NCBI GenBank assembly: GCA_951406725.2
Contig: OX597823.1
Coordinates: 18,352,001 to 18,416,000 of the forward strand
DNA: 64,000 nucleotides
Direction of reading: 5' to 3'
From: Octopus vulgaris
Taxonomy: Eukaryota
The position numbers and the translations under genes were made by a program. Shown here piece after piece: positions 51,950 to 64,000 of the stretch (its first letter is position 1; every line of letters starts with the position of its first letter). The notes beneath the pieces were generated by a model that saw only the letters and a program-made list of their open reading frames with translations, was not told the origin of the DNA and did not search any database.

Positions 51950-52099
51950 CTTTGTTAACACTTTCCACTGGTTCAACAATAAGCTGGGCACAGTGCCTTA
52001 CTTCTCCAACAAGGTTTCGTCCAACGACACAGTATTCCGCGTCATCATCGAGAGTTGCGTTGTCTATTGACAAACTGTAATCTCGGTTCCCAAATTTCT
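51950..52099 (-). CDS. Exon B: C-terminal half of the Ig I-set domain
   Basis: Acceptor TTTCTTTTTTGCAG|, donor G|GTTAGT, 150 nt, phase 1-1. Joins exon A in frame (G+AG=Glu). Translation EKFGNRDYSLSIDNATLDDDAEYCVVGRNLVGEVRHCAQLIVEPVESVNK has the Y-S-L-x-I, D-x-A-x-Y and N-x-x-G motifs. Confidence 0.95.
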
Positions 52100-52973
52100 C
52101 TGCAAAAAAGAAAACCAAGCATCAAAAGTTAATTTATTCATCCTCATCATCATCATCATCATTGTCATCTTTAACATTTTAACATCGTCTTTTCTATGCT
52201 TGCAAGAGTCAAACAGAATATTCATTAAGGTAGAATTTTTCTACAACTGGGTACTCTTCCAGTCACTAACACTAACTTGCTTCCAAGCAAGGTAATATTT
52301 CTTTATGACCAGACATGTTCTCATGGAAGACTAGAAATGAATGCTGCTGCTTGTATGAGAGTGGCACTTATTTTACAACTATCACGCAATATCAAGATGA
52401 AGGAGCACACAAACACACACACATACACATACATGTATATAGTCCACAGATAAGATCCAGAGATTCTCCATATAGACAACACTTATTAGTGCTCAAAGGA
52501 TGCAAACTTAGGCTCCGATGTGTTTACAGGGAAATGATTCCACCAGGTAAAGAAAGGCTATAAGAGGGCTCAAGTTGAGCAGGTTTCCAGGCAATTATGT
52601 GAGATAAACAAATTAGACACATTTACATATTTTGTATTTCATACCCAAACTGTTATATCTTTATATACTTAATTTATATATTTAATTTATATATTTAATT
52701 TATATATATTATATTTATATATATTATATAAATCTATATATATTTAATTTATATATATTTATATATATTATATTTATATATATTATATAAATTTATATAT
52801 ATTTAATTTATATATTTAATTAAATTAGACACATTTACATATTTTGTATTTCATACCCAAACTGTTATATTTTATATATTTAATTTGTTTAATTTGTTTA
52901 TCTGCATAATTGCCTCCACACACATATGTGTATATAAAACAGTATATGGAAACGACCGCATGAAGGCTTATCC

Positions 52974-53007
<34 letters not shown>

Positions 53008-53512
53008 CGTGCGTGTGTCAGTGTGTGTTTGTGTATGTGTGTGTTTGTGCATTTGTGTGCACATGTGTGTGTCCACGTGTGCGTGTGTGTGTGCACGTGT
53101 GTGTGTGCACGTGTGTGTGTGCACGTGTGTGTGTGTGTGAGTGTGTGTATCATCATCATCATTTTACTATCCACTTTCCTATGCTTGGATGGCTCAGATG
53201 AAATTTGTTGAGACAGATGTTTTCTCTGACTGGGTACTCTCCCTGTCGCCAACTTTCACCTGTTTCCAAGTAAGGCAATACCCCCCACCTCCATCCAGTT
53301 CCTGGCCAAAAAGGTTGCCATGGAATGGTGGAAACGAACAAGCAAACGTTTGAGCAATGGTTATGCTCATTTACAACTACCATATGAGGTCATTACAAGG
53401 ATACATAAACACACACACACACGCACGTGCACGCAAAGGGTTTCTTTTAGTTTCCTTCTATCAAATGCAGTCCCAAGGTTCTAGTACAAAAGAGTCGAAG
53501 CCACTTGCTTAA

Positions 53513-53736
53513 CCCTTTCGTGACCAACCCGGCTGAAACCGGCTCTGGCTCTTTAGTACAAATGTCTTGTTTTCATAAGTTTTGAATTAAAATCTTCCAT
53601 CAAACCTTAGTCACAATTTATGTTCCTAACACTAGCTGAATGATAACTAAGTTATTATTTTACTAAATTCTTTGTTATATCTAAAGTAATTGGAAGAAAC
53701 ACAGAGCATCTCAAAATAAATACAGTAATGAAAGGG
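53513..53736. mobile_element. piggyBac-like MITE nested in a SINE remnant
   Basis: TTAA-CCCTTTCG...GAAAGGG-TTAA; same family as 514-734; splits CACTTGC/GGTGCCATG of a family-A SINE. Confidence 0.85.
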
Positions 53737-53772
53737 TTAAGGTGCCATGGAGTAGACATTAAAACAATGATG

Positions 53773-53836
<64 letters not shown>

Positions 53837-54808
53837 CGTATATGTCTCACTTGGTCTTGGTATTGCATGACATGTGTAAACAAGCATCACCAGCATACAA
53901 GCAGTGTCATTTGTTCCCAAACATCTGTGCAGACATGTCGAGCAATGGTAAAGGTATCACCCTGCTTGGAAACAAGCGAAGAGTGGTGACAGAAAGGACA
54001 TCCAACCACAGAAGAAAATATGTCTCAACAAATTCCAGCTGATGCATGCAAGCATGGAAAAGTGGACTTCAAAAATAATAATGATGTGTGTGTCTGTGTA
54101 CACGCAAATAAGAATTTAAACAAATTCTAAAAAAACCATTCCGTGGTCTTTTATCTGAGGCAGCTTTTCAACATTTGATAACAATACTAAATCAACAACA
54201 ATATGTCCAGCTAGAAAGGTGTTAATCAAAATACAAAATAAATGGAAAAAAAAATTCCCACATTACCAAAGGTATGGAAGAAATCCCCTAAAAATAATTA
54301 CCTCGGCTATCGGTTTTGGTGATACGTTAATGGCACAAAACCCCTTCAGTTAGTTTTCTAGAATTTTTACAATCAATCTGAGGCAAGAATTGAAAATACA
54401 CAACTGACCATGCTAAATGCCATCACACTATTGTGTCACATGTACAGTTCCTGTGTCAGCTACTTTAAATGTATTAAGTTTTGCTTTGGGTTTTTTGTTA
54501 GCAGAATTCTCTAAGGATTATGTGCTTGAAAAGTACATAAACTTTAATTAGGAAGTAAAAAGTAATTAAAGGAGTGTAAATATAGGGATTTAAACATGTT
54601 TCAGTGACATGAAAAGCAACGCACAATCATTTATCTGAAGTAGCTTTTCAACATTGAATAATAAGCAAATAAAACTGGGAAACTTAGAGCACAGACAATA
54701 TGGTCAGTTTGTAAAGAAAGTATTGAACAGACTACAAAATTCCCACAAATATATGATGAAAATGCCTACAATTACCAGGACTACATAAATACATATATAT
54801 ATACATAA

Positions 54809-54847
<39 letters not shown>

Positions 54848-54852
54848 AATAG

Positions 54853-54903
<51 letters not shown>

Positions 54904-54904
54904 A

Positions 54905-54943
<39 letters not shown>

Positions 54944-54974
54944 CATATATATATATATATATATATATACATAA

Positions 54975-55011
<37 letters not shown>

Positions 55012-55046
55012 AATACATAAATATATATATATATATACATAAATAC

Positions 55047-55082
<36 letters not shown>

Positions 55083-55274
55083 ATATATATATATGTGTGT
55101 ATATATATATCCTTAGTTATGTGTCTATGGCAAACACACACAGACACACACACACACATTCCAATAAGTAGTTTGGATTCATCAAAATATGTTAAACATA
55201 TTCAAACACATTTCAAGTAGCAATTTGAAAGTGTATTTCAGAGGTGGGAGGAGGAGAAAGAGAGAGAAGGAAAA

Positions 55275-55306
<32 letters not shown>

Positions 55307-57744
55307 AAAAAAGAAAAGAAAGAAGGAAAGAGAGCACAAGTTCAGCAAGATAATTGCTGCATGATTATTTTGATTATAATTACAATCAAAACAACAATGT
55401 TGACAATTAGTCATGTGATTTATCCTCTCCCTCCTCGTTAGCATTAACTAAATGTACCAATATCATAGTAGTAATGGTTTCATGGCAAACATGACGACTG
55501 TCTCTGATGAATATTTTCACTGCTGTGGAATTTGAACTTGATATTTGTATCCCTACATTTCATTTCCTTTTATTCTTCTGCTTGTTTCAGTCATTTGATT
55601 GTGGCCATACTGGAGCACCACCTTAAAGGATTTTAGTCGAAGAAATCGACCCCAGAACTTATTCTGTTGGTCTGTTTTGCCAAACTGCAAAGTTACAGGG
55701 ACATAAACACACTAGCATTGGTTGTCAAGTAATGATGGGTGGCAGGGACAAATATACACACACACACACATAAGTACACACACACATACAATGGGCTTCT
55801 TTCAGTTTCTGTCCACTAAATCCACTCACAAGGCTTTTGTTGGCCCGAGGCTGAAGAAGAAGACACTTGCCCAACGTGCCAAACAGTGGGACTGAACCCA
55901 GAGCCATGTGGTTGAGAAGCAAGCTTCTTACCACACAGCCACACCTGTGCCTATGTCCAATATTTCAGCATTCTCTAATACATTTTCTTCTTCCACATTT
56001 ATTGTGTTTAATATTTTAAATTTCTAAGATGGCAATCTGCCTGAATCGTTAGCACACCGGGCAAAATGCTTAACAGCATTTTGTCCATCTTTACATTCTG
56101 TGTTCAAATTCCACCAAGGCTGACTTTGCATTTCATACTTTATAAATCAAGTACCAGTTGACTACTGGGGTCCATATAACCAACTTACCCCCCCACCCTG
56201 AATTTGCTGGCCTTGTGCCAAAATTTCAGACCAATAATTAAAATTTTTCATATGCTCTCAACTAAGTTTAGGTCATTTAATATATCTGATCCACCTCTCT
56301 ATGCATTTAATTTTACCCTTTAGCATTTAAACTAGTGAAATCCGGCCCAAATATTCTACTGGTCATATCTGTGGAGACACATGGCCTAGTGGTTAGAGCA
56401 GTGGACTCACAGCCGAGGGATCATGGTTTCGAATCTCAGACCGGGCGATGTGAGTGTTTATGAGCGAAACACCTAAGCTCCACACGGCTCTGGCAGAAGG
56501 TAATGGCAAACTTCTACTGACTCTTTGCTCCTGCATTTTGCAGCTCACCTGCAATGGACCGATGTCCCGTTCAGGTGGGGAACCTATACGCCAAGGAAAC
56601 CGGGAAACCAGCCCTTATGAGCCAGGCATGGCTCAAGAAGGAACAAACAACTAGTCATATCTAGCTTCTCACACCTAACTTACATTGACATTCTAAAAAT
56701 AAACAATCACATCATTGAAACCCAAAAGCTATGAGATAACACATTATTAATTCAAAACAATTTGAATAAAAAAAAAGTATTATATTTAACAGTAATCTGA
56801 ATAATGAAGGATTAAATTGTTTAATATTCATATTTTCTCTAAAATTTCTCTCTATCAATCTCCATGTAAAAATATGGGGAAGATCCCTATATTACACAAA
56901 CAAAAGTAAACAACCCACATTTAAATATAGTAAACATCTATTGTTATATACATGCCATATATATATCATCATTACCATTACCATATAGGTGTAGGAGTGG
57001 CTGTGTGGTAAGTAGCTTGCTTACGAACTACATGGTTCCGGGTTCAGTCCCACTGCACGGCACTTTGTGCAAGTGTCTTCCACTATAGCCTCAGGCCAAC
57101 CAAAGCCTTGTGAGTGAATTTGGTAGACAGAAACTGAAAGAAGCCCGTCGTGTGTGTGTGTGTGTGTGTGTTTGTGTGTCTGTGTTTGTCCCTCCAAATC
57201 GCTTGACAATTGATGCCCGTGTGTTTATGTACCCGTAACATAGCGGTTTGGCAAAAGAGACTGATAGAATAAGTACTAGGCTTTGGCATGCTTTCTACAT
57301 TTGGATGTCCTTCCTAATGCCTGCCACTTTACAAAGTGTACTGGGTGCTTTTTTGGGGGGAGGGTTATAGTGAGGTCATGAAGGAACTCACAAGTCAAGG
57401 GCCCTCAAATGAGTGGAGTATAATAATGAAAGATATGTAAAGTTGATAGGGGAGCAGGGATAGATGTCTTGCTGAAGAGGAGGTTCATGGTTTCCCCAGC
57501 TAGAAAGCAGTGTGAGGGTGGGTGAGAGAGAGGGAGAGATGGTGACAAAATAACTTCAAGGTACAAGGTGAATAAAAGCAAGAGAATTGGGAAAAAGGGG
57601 ACAGAATGGATGGGTGGTAGGTAGGTAAATTTGCAAAAGTGTGAAAGGAGTGCAACTGATGATGAGAGATGGAGACTGAGGTGGGCACAACAAATATCAG
57701 TTTGGGGAAGGAGAAGGAAATGGGAGCAGGTTAGGAAAGGACAG

Positions 57745-57772
57745 TATGTATGTATGTATGTATGTGTGTGTG

Positions 57773-57805
<33 letters not shown>

Positions 57806-58127
57806 GTGTGTGTGTGTATGTATGTGTGTGTGTATGTATGTATGTATGTATGTATGTATGTGTGTGTGTATATGTATGTATGTATGTATGTATGTGTATG
57901 TGTGTATGTATGTGTGTATGTATGTATGTATGTATGTGTGTGTATGTATGTATGTATGTATATGTATGTATGTGTGTGTGTATGTATGTATGTATGTATG
58001 TATGTATGTGTGTGTATGTATGTGTGTGTATGTGTGTGTGTGTATGTGTGTGTATGTATGTATGTATGTATTTATGTAAGTATTGTAAGTATGTATGTAT
58101 GTATCATGTATGTCTGTATGTATGTAT
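57745..58127. repeat. (TATG)n/(TG)n compound microsatellite
   Basis: Read directly from the sequence. Confidence 0.95.
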
Positions 58128-58294
58128 AGGTAAGGGATAAGAATATCCGTTCTTACTACCGTTATTATTTAGCTATGCTATCCCTGGGCATGGGTATGCA
58201 GGCAACACTATGCTCATAGGTTATAGGTAAAAAAACTAAATAAATAAAAGTTTATCAGGAATCAAATTTAAAATAAGCAGAAAAGGGAGAAAAC

Positions 58295-58335
<41 letters not shown>

Positions 58336-58592
58336 TATATATATCCTTGTTTTTTCTGTGTACCTTTCTGTAGAAGAGCGTAGGCTCAAAATGTAAAAGA
58401 CTTTTTCTATTCCTGAGCACTATACTAATACATCTGGTTTTTGTTTTGTACACCACCTGTTTTCAGTCTTTTGTTTATTTTCGTAAACTATTCCTTTATA
58501 TATATATATATTTATATATATATATATATATATATAAATATATATATATATATCATCATTTAACGTCCGCTTTCCATGCTAGCATGGGTTGG

Positions 58593-58641
<49 letters not shown>

Positions 58642-60031
58642 CGTACATAGCATAAAGAATTCTCTTGTGCCAGTGTCCTGACTTGCAAATTGAATAGACC
58701 ATGTGCTCAGAGCCTGAGACAAAAGGAGTGTTTTAAGAACTTGCTTAGACCCATGACTCCAGAGCAAGAAACTATTAGCAGCTCAAATGTTTATATTGTG
58801 TACATTAAATGATATTTATCTCTCACTGGATGGAATGTGTGCGTGCATGTGTGAGCATGCGTGTGTGTGTGTGATATTTTAAATGGTTACAGATTTTTCT
58901 AGGGCTTGATGCTCTTCCTGTAGCCAATCCTAATCTGTTTCTAGGTAAGGTTACATTATTTCCCTATGACTCCACACACTTCCATGGAAAATTGATGGAT
59001 GCCACTTGCAAGATGGTGACACTTGTTTATAACTATTATGTAATGTCAAGGCAAGGGAGTCAGGCACATTTACCCCCAATGGACAGACAATAACACACAC
59101 CCCACAAGAACAATTACCCCTGAGGACAACACATGATGATTTAATACTTCTTAATATATTGGAGAGGGAGTAATTAACCAAGTGGGTTAATTATCCTGAT
59201 ACAAGGCAAGGCGACAGTAACACACACACGTGTGTGTGTGTGTGTGTGTGTGTATAAGTATGTATATACTTTTCTACTTTAAGTACAAGGCCTGAAATTT
59301 GGGGGGAGGGGGCCAGTCGATTAGATTGACCTCAGTATGCAACTGGTACTTAATTTATCGACCCCAAAAGGATGAAAAGCAAAGTTGACCTTGGCGGAAT
59401 TTGTACTCAGAACATAAGGACAGATGAAATACCACTAAGCCAGCTCACCGCCCTGTATATATATATATATATATATATGGATTGGTTAAAATTCGAAAAA
59501 TTAAACTACGTTAAACAAACGAATTGAAAATTTATCAAAAAAGCCAAGTGAAAATAATGTTTTCTTTTGACACATTCTACCAGTATACGAAGTTTTAAAG
59601 TGTTTAGTTAACTAGAAATTGTGTTGAAATCTGGCTATCAAAAGGAAAAGATCCATATATATATATGTATATATGTATATATACACACACACATTACATA
59701 TCATGGGCTTCTTTCTGTTTCTGTCTACAAAATCCACTCACAAACCTTTGGTCACCCTGGAGCTATAGAAGACACTTGCCCAAGGTGTCATGCAACGGAA
59801 CTGAACCCAAAACCATATGATTAGGAAACAAATTTCTTTTGATCACCAACCATATCTGAACCTGTGTGTGTATGTGTGTGTATGTGTAACAGAAAGAAAA
59901 ATCTTTGAGAGGAAATTTTGCAAAACATGACATCTTGTCTATCCTATTTCTCAAAGCTCTCAAGCACAAACACTTACACACACACACACACACATCTATA
60001 CCTATCCCCCTACTGCCCTTTCATGCCCACA

Positions 60032-60068
60032 CTACTACTACTACTGCTGCTGCTGCTGCTACTACTGT

Positions 60069-60111
<43 letters not shown>

Positions 60112-60261
60112 GCTACTACTACTGCTACTACTACTACTACTGCTGCTACTACTACTACTACTACTACTGTTACTACTACTACTGTTACTACTACTACTAC
60201 TACTACTACTGTTACTACTACTACTACTGTTACTACTACTACTACTGTTACTACTACTACT
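60032..60261. repeat. (TAC)n trinucleotide array with TGC/TGT interruptions
   Basis: Read directly; source of the poly-T and poly-L ORFs. Confidence 0.95.
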
Positions 60262-61694
60262 GGATGGATGGAAGCACTCCGTCAGTTACGACGATGAGGG
60301 TTCCGGTTGATCCGAATCAACAGAACAGCCTGCTCGTGAAATTAACGTGTAAGTGGCTGAGCACTCCACAGACACGTGCACCCTTAACGTAGTTCTCGGG
60401 GATATTCACCCATGACACAGAGAGTAACAAGGCCGGCCCTTTGAAATACAGGTACAACAGAAACAGGAAGTAAGAGTGGAGTGAGAGAAAGTTGAGGCGA
60501 AAGAGTACAAACAGGGGTCGCCACCACCCCCCTGCAGGAGCCTCGTGGAGCTTTTAGGTGTTTTCGCTCAATAAACACACACAACGCCCGGTCTGGGAAT
60601 CGAAACTGCGATCCTTCGACCGTGAGACCGCTGCCCTAACCACTGGGCCATTGCGCTTCCACTCTACTACTACTACTACTACTAGCGTCACAGAACCTGT
60701 GGCCAGTCATTTGTCCCAATACATCAGTCCTTCAGCTTACATGACCCACTCCTAAAATGTTCAATTAACCTGTTTTTAATGAATTCAAATTAAAACACCA
60801 ACCACATTAAACTGGAATTAAAAATGAGAGGAGGAGGAGAAAGAGGGAGACAAGATAGGTGTGTGTGTGTGTGTGTGTGTGTATGAATGAATAAGGGTAT
60901 GACTATATCTATGTGTGTGTATGAATGTCTGTGTGTGCATGCATGTGTGCGTGTATGAATGTATAAGTGTATGACTGCATGTGTGTGTGTCTGTACGAAT
61001 GTATAACTGTATGTATATGTCTATGTGTGTGTATGCAAGTGTATGGTATGCATGTATGTGTGTGTGTGTGTGTGAATGTGTAAGTGTATGAATATCTGTG
61101 TGTGTGAATGTGTGTGTGTGTATGCATGTACGTGTATGCATGTATGTGTGTGTGTATGAATGTATAAGTATATGATTATGTATGTGTGTGTCTCCAAGTG
61201 TATGGTATGCATGTATGTGTATGAATATCTGTGTGTGTATGAATGTGTGTGTATATATATACACATATATATACACATATATATATACACATATATGAAT
61301 GTGTGTATATATATATATACGTGTGTGTATGCATGTATGTGTGTGAACGTGTTTGTGCATTCATGTATGTATACACACCTGTGTGTGTATGTACATAATA
61401 GGTAACTGTGAAAAGAAGTAACAAAATATATAGAAAGTATATACATACAAACAGGTAAGACAGAATAAGAGAAAGAGGTATGCGTGAGTGAGAGAGAGAG
61501 AGAGGGAGATAGTGGGAGTGTTGTATGTCTACCTGTAAATTTACCTGTATGTCTACCTGTCTGTCTTAATCAAATTTCCTATAACAAGTCTGTCCTAATT
61601 TCTTTTAAACAGGTTTGACAGAAAATAAGACGAGAATGTTTTGGCATTTGTTGAACATCAGAACACATCGTAAATATATATATGCGTACATATA

Positions 61695-61730
<36 letters not shown>

Positions 61731-61921
61731 CCAGTGTCATAAAATACAAGTACTTCATAAATACACAACTACCATAGTGAAACAGAGAGAACCCCACATA
61801 TACCTCTAATACATCTATATTAGACATGTACACTAGATATATATGTGTGTGCGTATATATATATATATGTGTGTATGTATATATATATATATATATGTGT
61901 ATGTATATATATATATATGTG

Positions 61922-61970
<49 letters not shown>

Positions 61971-62489
61971 ATGTATATATATATGTGTGTATGTGTATAT
62001 ATATATATATATATATATAAATACATATATATATATACATATATAAATACATATATATATACATATATAAATACATATATAGATACATATATATACATAT
62101 ATAAATACATATATATACATATATAAATACATATATATACATATATACACATTTATATACATATATATATACACACACACATCATGTACACAACGTACAT
62201 ATTTAACACACACACATAATACATATATTCACAAATACAGAACATGTGTATGTATGTATATATGTATGTATGTACATATATATATATATATATATACACA
62301 CATACATGTATATGTATATCATAAACACAACATACAAACACACAAGATAACTGCCACACATACATATACATATCATACGCACACACACACAAACAAACAA
62401 ATCACACACACACTCTTAAAAATATACTCCAACACACACACACACACACACGCATGTATGACAGTGGCGGTTATGAGTTCAATACTTAC

Positions 62490-62660
62490 CCAACTTCAAG
62501 TTACCCGACTCCTTCAGAATCTTGCCATCTTTGTACCATGTGATGCGTGGTGGAGGATATCCTTTGACCTTACACCGAAACCTAACCAACTGACCTGGCC
62601 TCACCTCGATGTCATCAAATTTCTTCAACAGTTCTGGAATTTTCATTGGCTGGGTGTTTT
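62490..62660 (-). CDS. Exon A (first in window) of a titin/UNC-89/twitchin/MLCK-like giant protein gene; N-terminal half of an Ig I-set domain
   Basis: Acceptor TGTCCTGTTTCAG|, donor G|GTAAGT, 171 nt, phase 1-1. Hand translation [57 protein letters not shown] shows the I-set signature C-x-V-x-G-x-P-x-P-x-I-x-W-Y-K-D-G. Confidence 0.95.
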
Positions 62661-63199
62661 CTGAAACAGGACAACATCATTCAAGCATTACTACAACTAA
62701 ATAATAATAATAATAATAATAATAGTAATAATAAGAATAATAATGATAATAATAAAGTTGATAATACTACTAATAATAGCTTTAATACTACCAGTATTAT
62801 GACTAACACTACAACTGCTATTGATAATAATAGTGTTATTTTTCTTAACTGCTCCTGCTGATACTTTTTCTCACAAACACTGCAATTACTACTACTACTA
62901 CTACTACTACTACTAGTTTCTGACTAGTGTTACTACAAATACTAAATAAGCAAATGAGGGAACCTCCGCAGGGTTGTTAGATCTGCTGAGAAAAAGGGTG
63001 TCAAATGTGGTAAAAGATGTCCTGCACCTGAGTAAAAATAGATGGGATCATTACAGCCGGAATGTCCTTGATCATAGGTCTGCTCAGTGAGGAGACTGAC
63101 CGAGGGCTAAACAGCAACAACTACTATTTTTTTACATAACAACTGCTCCTACTGCTTTTGCATATACAACACCTACTACTGTCACTATTCTGTTCTCAT

Positions 63200-63200
63200 A

Positions 63201-63238
<38 letters not shown>

Positions 63239-63502
63239 AACTATTACTTGTACTGCCACTACTACTGTTACTATTACTACTACTACTATTACTTGTACTG
63301 CCACTACTACTGTTACTATTACTACTACTACTATTACTTGTACTGCCACTACTACTGTTACTATTACTACTACTACTATTACTTGTACTGCCACTACTAC
63401 TGTTACTACTACTACCACTACTACTGTTATTACTTGTACTGCCACTACTACTGCTGATGTTACTACAACTACTACTACAAAAACTGCCACTGCTGCTGCT
63501 AC

Positions 63503-63549
<47 letters not shown>

Positions 63550-63550
63550 T
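63200..63550. repeat. (TAC)n-derived 45-bp higher-order repeat followed by (TAA)n
   Basis: Unit ACTATTACTTGTACTGCCACTACTACTGTTACTATTACTACTACT repeated about 4-5 times. Confidence 0.9.
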
Positions 63551-64000
63551 AATCCTTTCTACTGAGGTACAAGGCTTGAAATTTTGGGGGATGGGGCAAG
63601 TCGATTACATCAACCCCCAGAGCATACCTGGTACTTATTTAATCGACCCCGAAAGGATGAAAGGCAAAGTTGACCTTGGCAGAATTTGAACTCAGAATGT
63701 AAAGACAGATGAAATACCACTCAGCATTTTGCCCTCTGTGCAAACGCTTCTGCCCGCTTGCCGCCTTAACCACAATAATATTATTGAGTGAGAGAGCAGT
63801 GCATGCCATCAAAGTGACACTGGGGTAAAATATACGAAGCCCAGTATACCCATCATGACTACCCGTCTGATAAGGGTACACCAGACACATGCATCACAAC
63901 CATATGTGCGCGGCATGGTGATCTCATATCAAGATTAACAGTGCTTGACCTTGCAGGTTGGGCCCAGTTAGAATTTTCTTCTGTGGAGTAGCCCATCCCG

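Noticed and set aside
55504-55545. CTGATGA followed by a hairpin
   Set aside because: No GAAA and no stems I or III; likewise for CTGATGA at about 5828, 7068 and 44546.
59905-60310. Poly-Thr mucin-like and poly-Leu ORFs (and the Ser-rich ORF at 63132-63599)
   Set aside because: Pure trinucleotide microsatellites; the first lies in the intron between exons A and B, which already join in frame.

Overview
AT-rich eukaryotic genomic DNA, dense in microsatellites and SINEs. The repeat families resemble those of coleoid cephalopods, most likely Octopus (inferred from repeat content, not verified). Almost all ORFs in the supplied track are microsatellite or SINE artefacts. The real coding signal is one large minus-strand gene entering and leaving the window, with six phase-compatible GT-AG exons (62490-62660, 51950-52099, 51058-51284, 19634-19810, 7102-7239, 1-355). 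They encode an intracellular I-set immunoglobulin domain, then a probable coiled coil and acidic low-complexity sequence (titin/UNC-89/twitchin/MLCK-like giant protein). The introns hold several tRNA-derived SINE families, RTE, CR1 and R4/Dong LINE fragments, non-autonomous Helitrons, piggyBac-like and pogo-like MITEs, and a 36-bp minisatellite. The most notable unannotated layer is about ten type I hammerhead-ribozyme motifs from several unrelated sequence families. Four have intact or near-intact cores, and most sit in small elements lodged in (TA)n tracts. Two of these elements are terminally redundant units of about 470 and about 350 bp, as expected for non-LTR retrozymes or Penelope-like pLTR remnants. 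Several long fold-back palindromes are also present; one has a loop that appears copied from a site 2.8 kb away.
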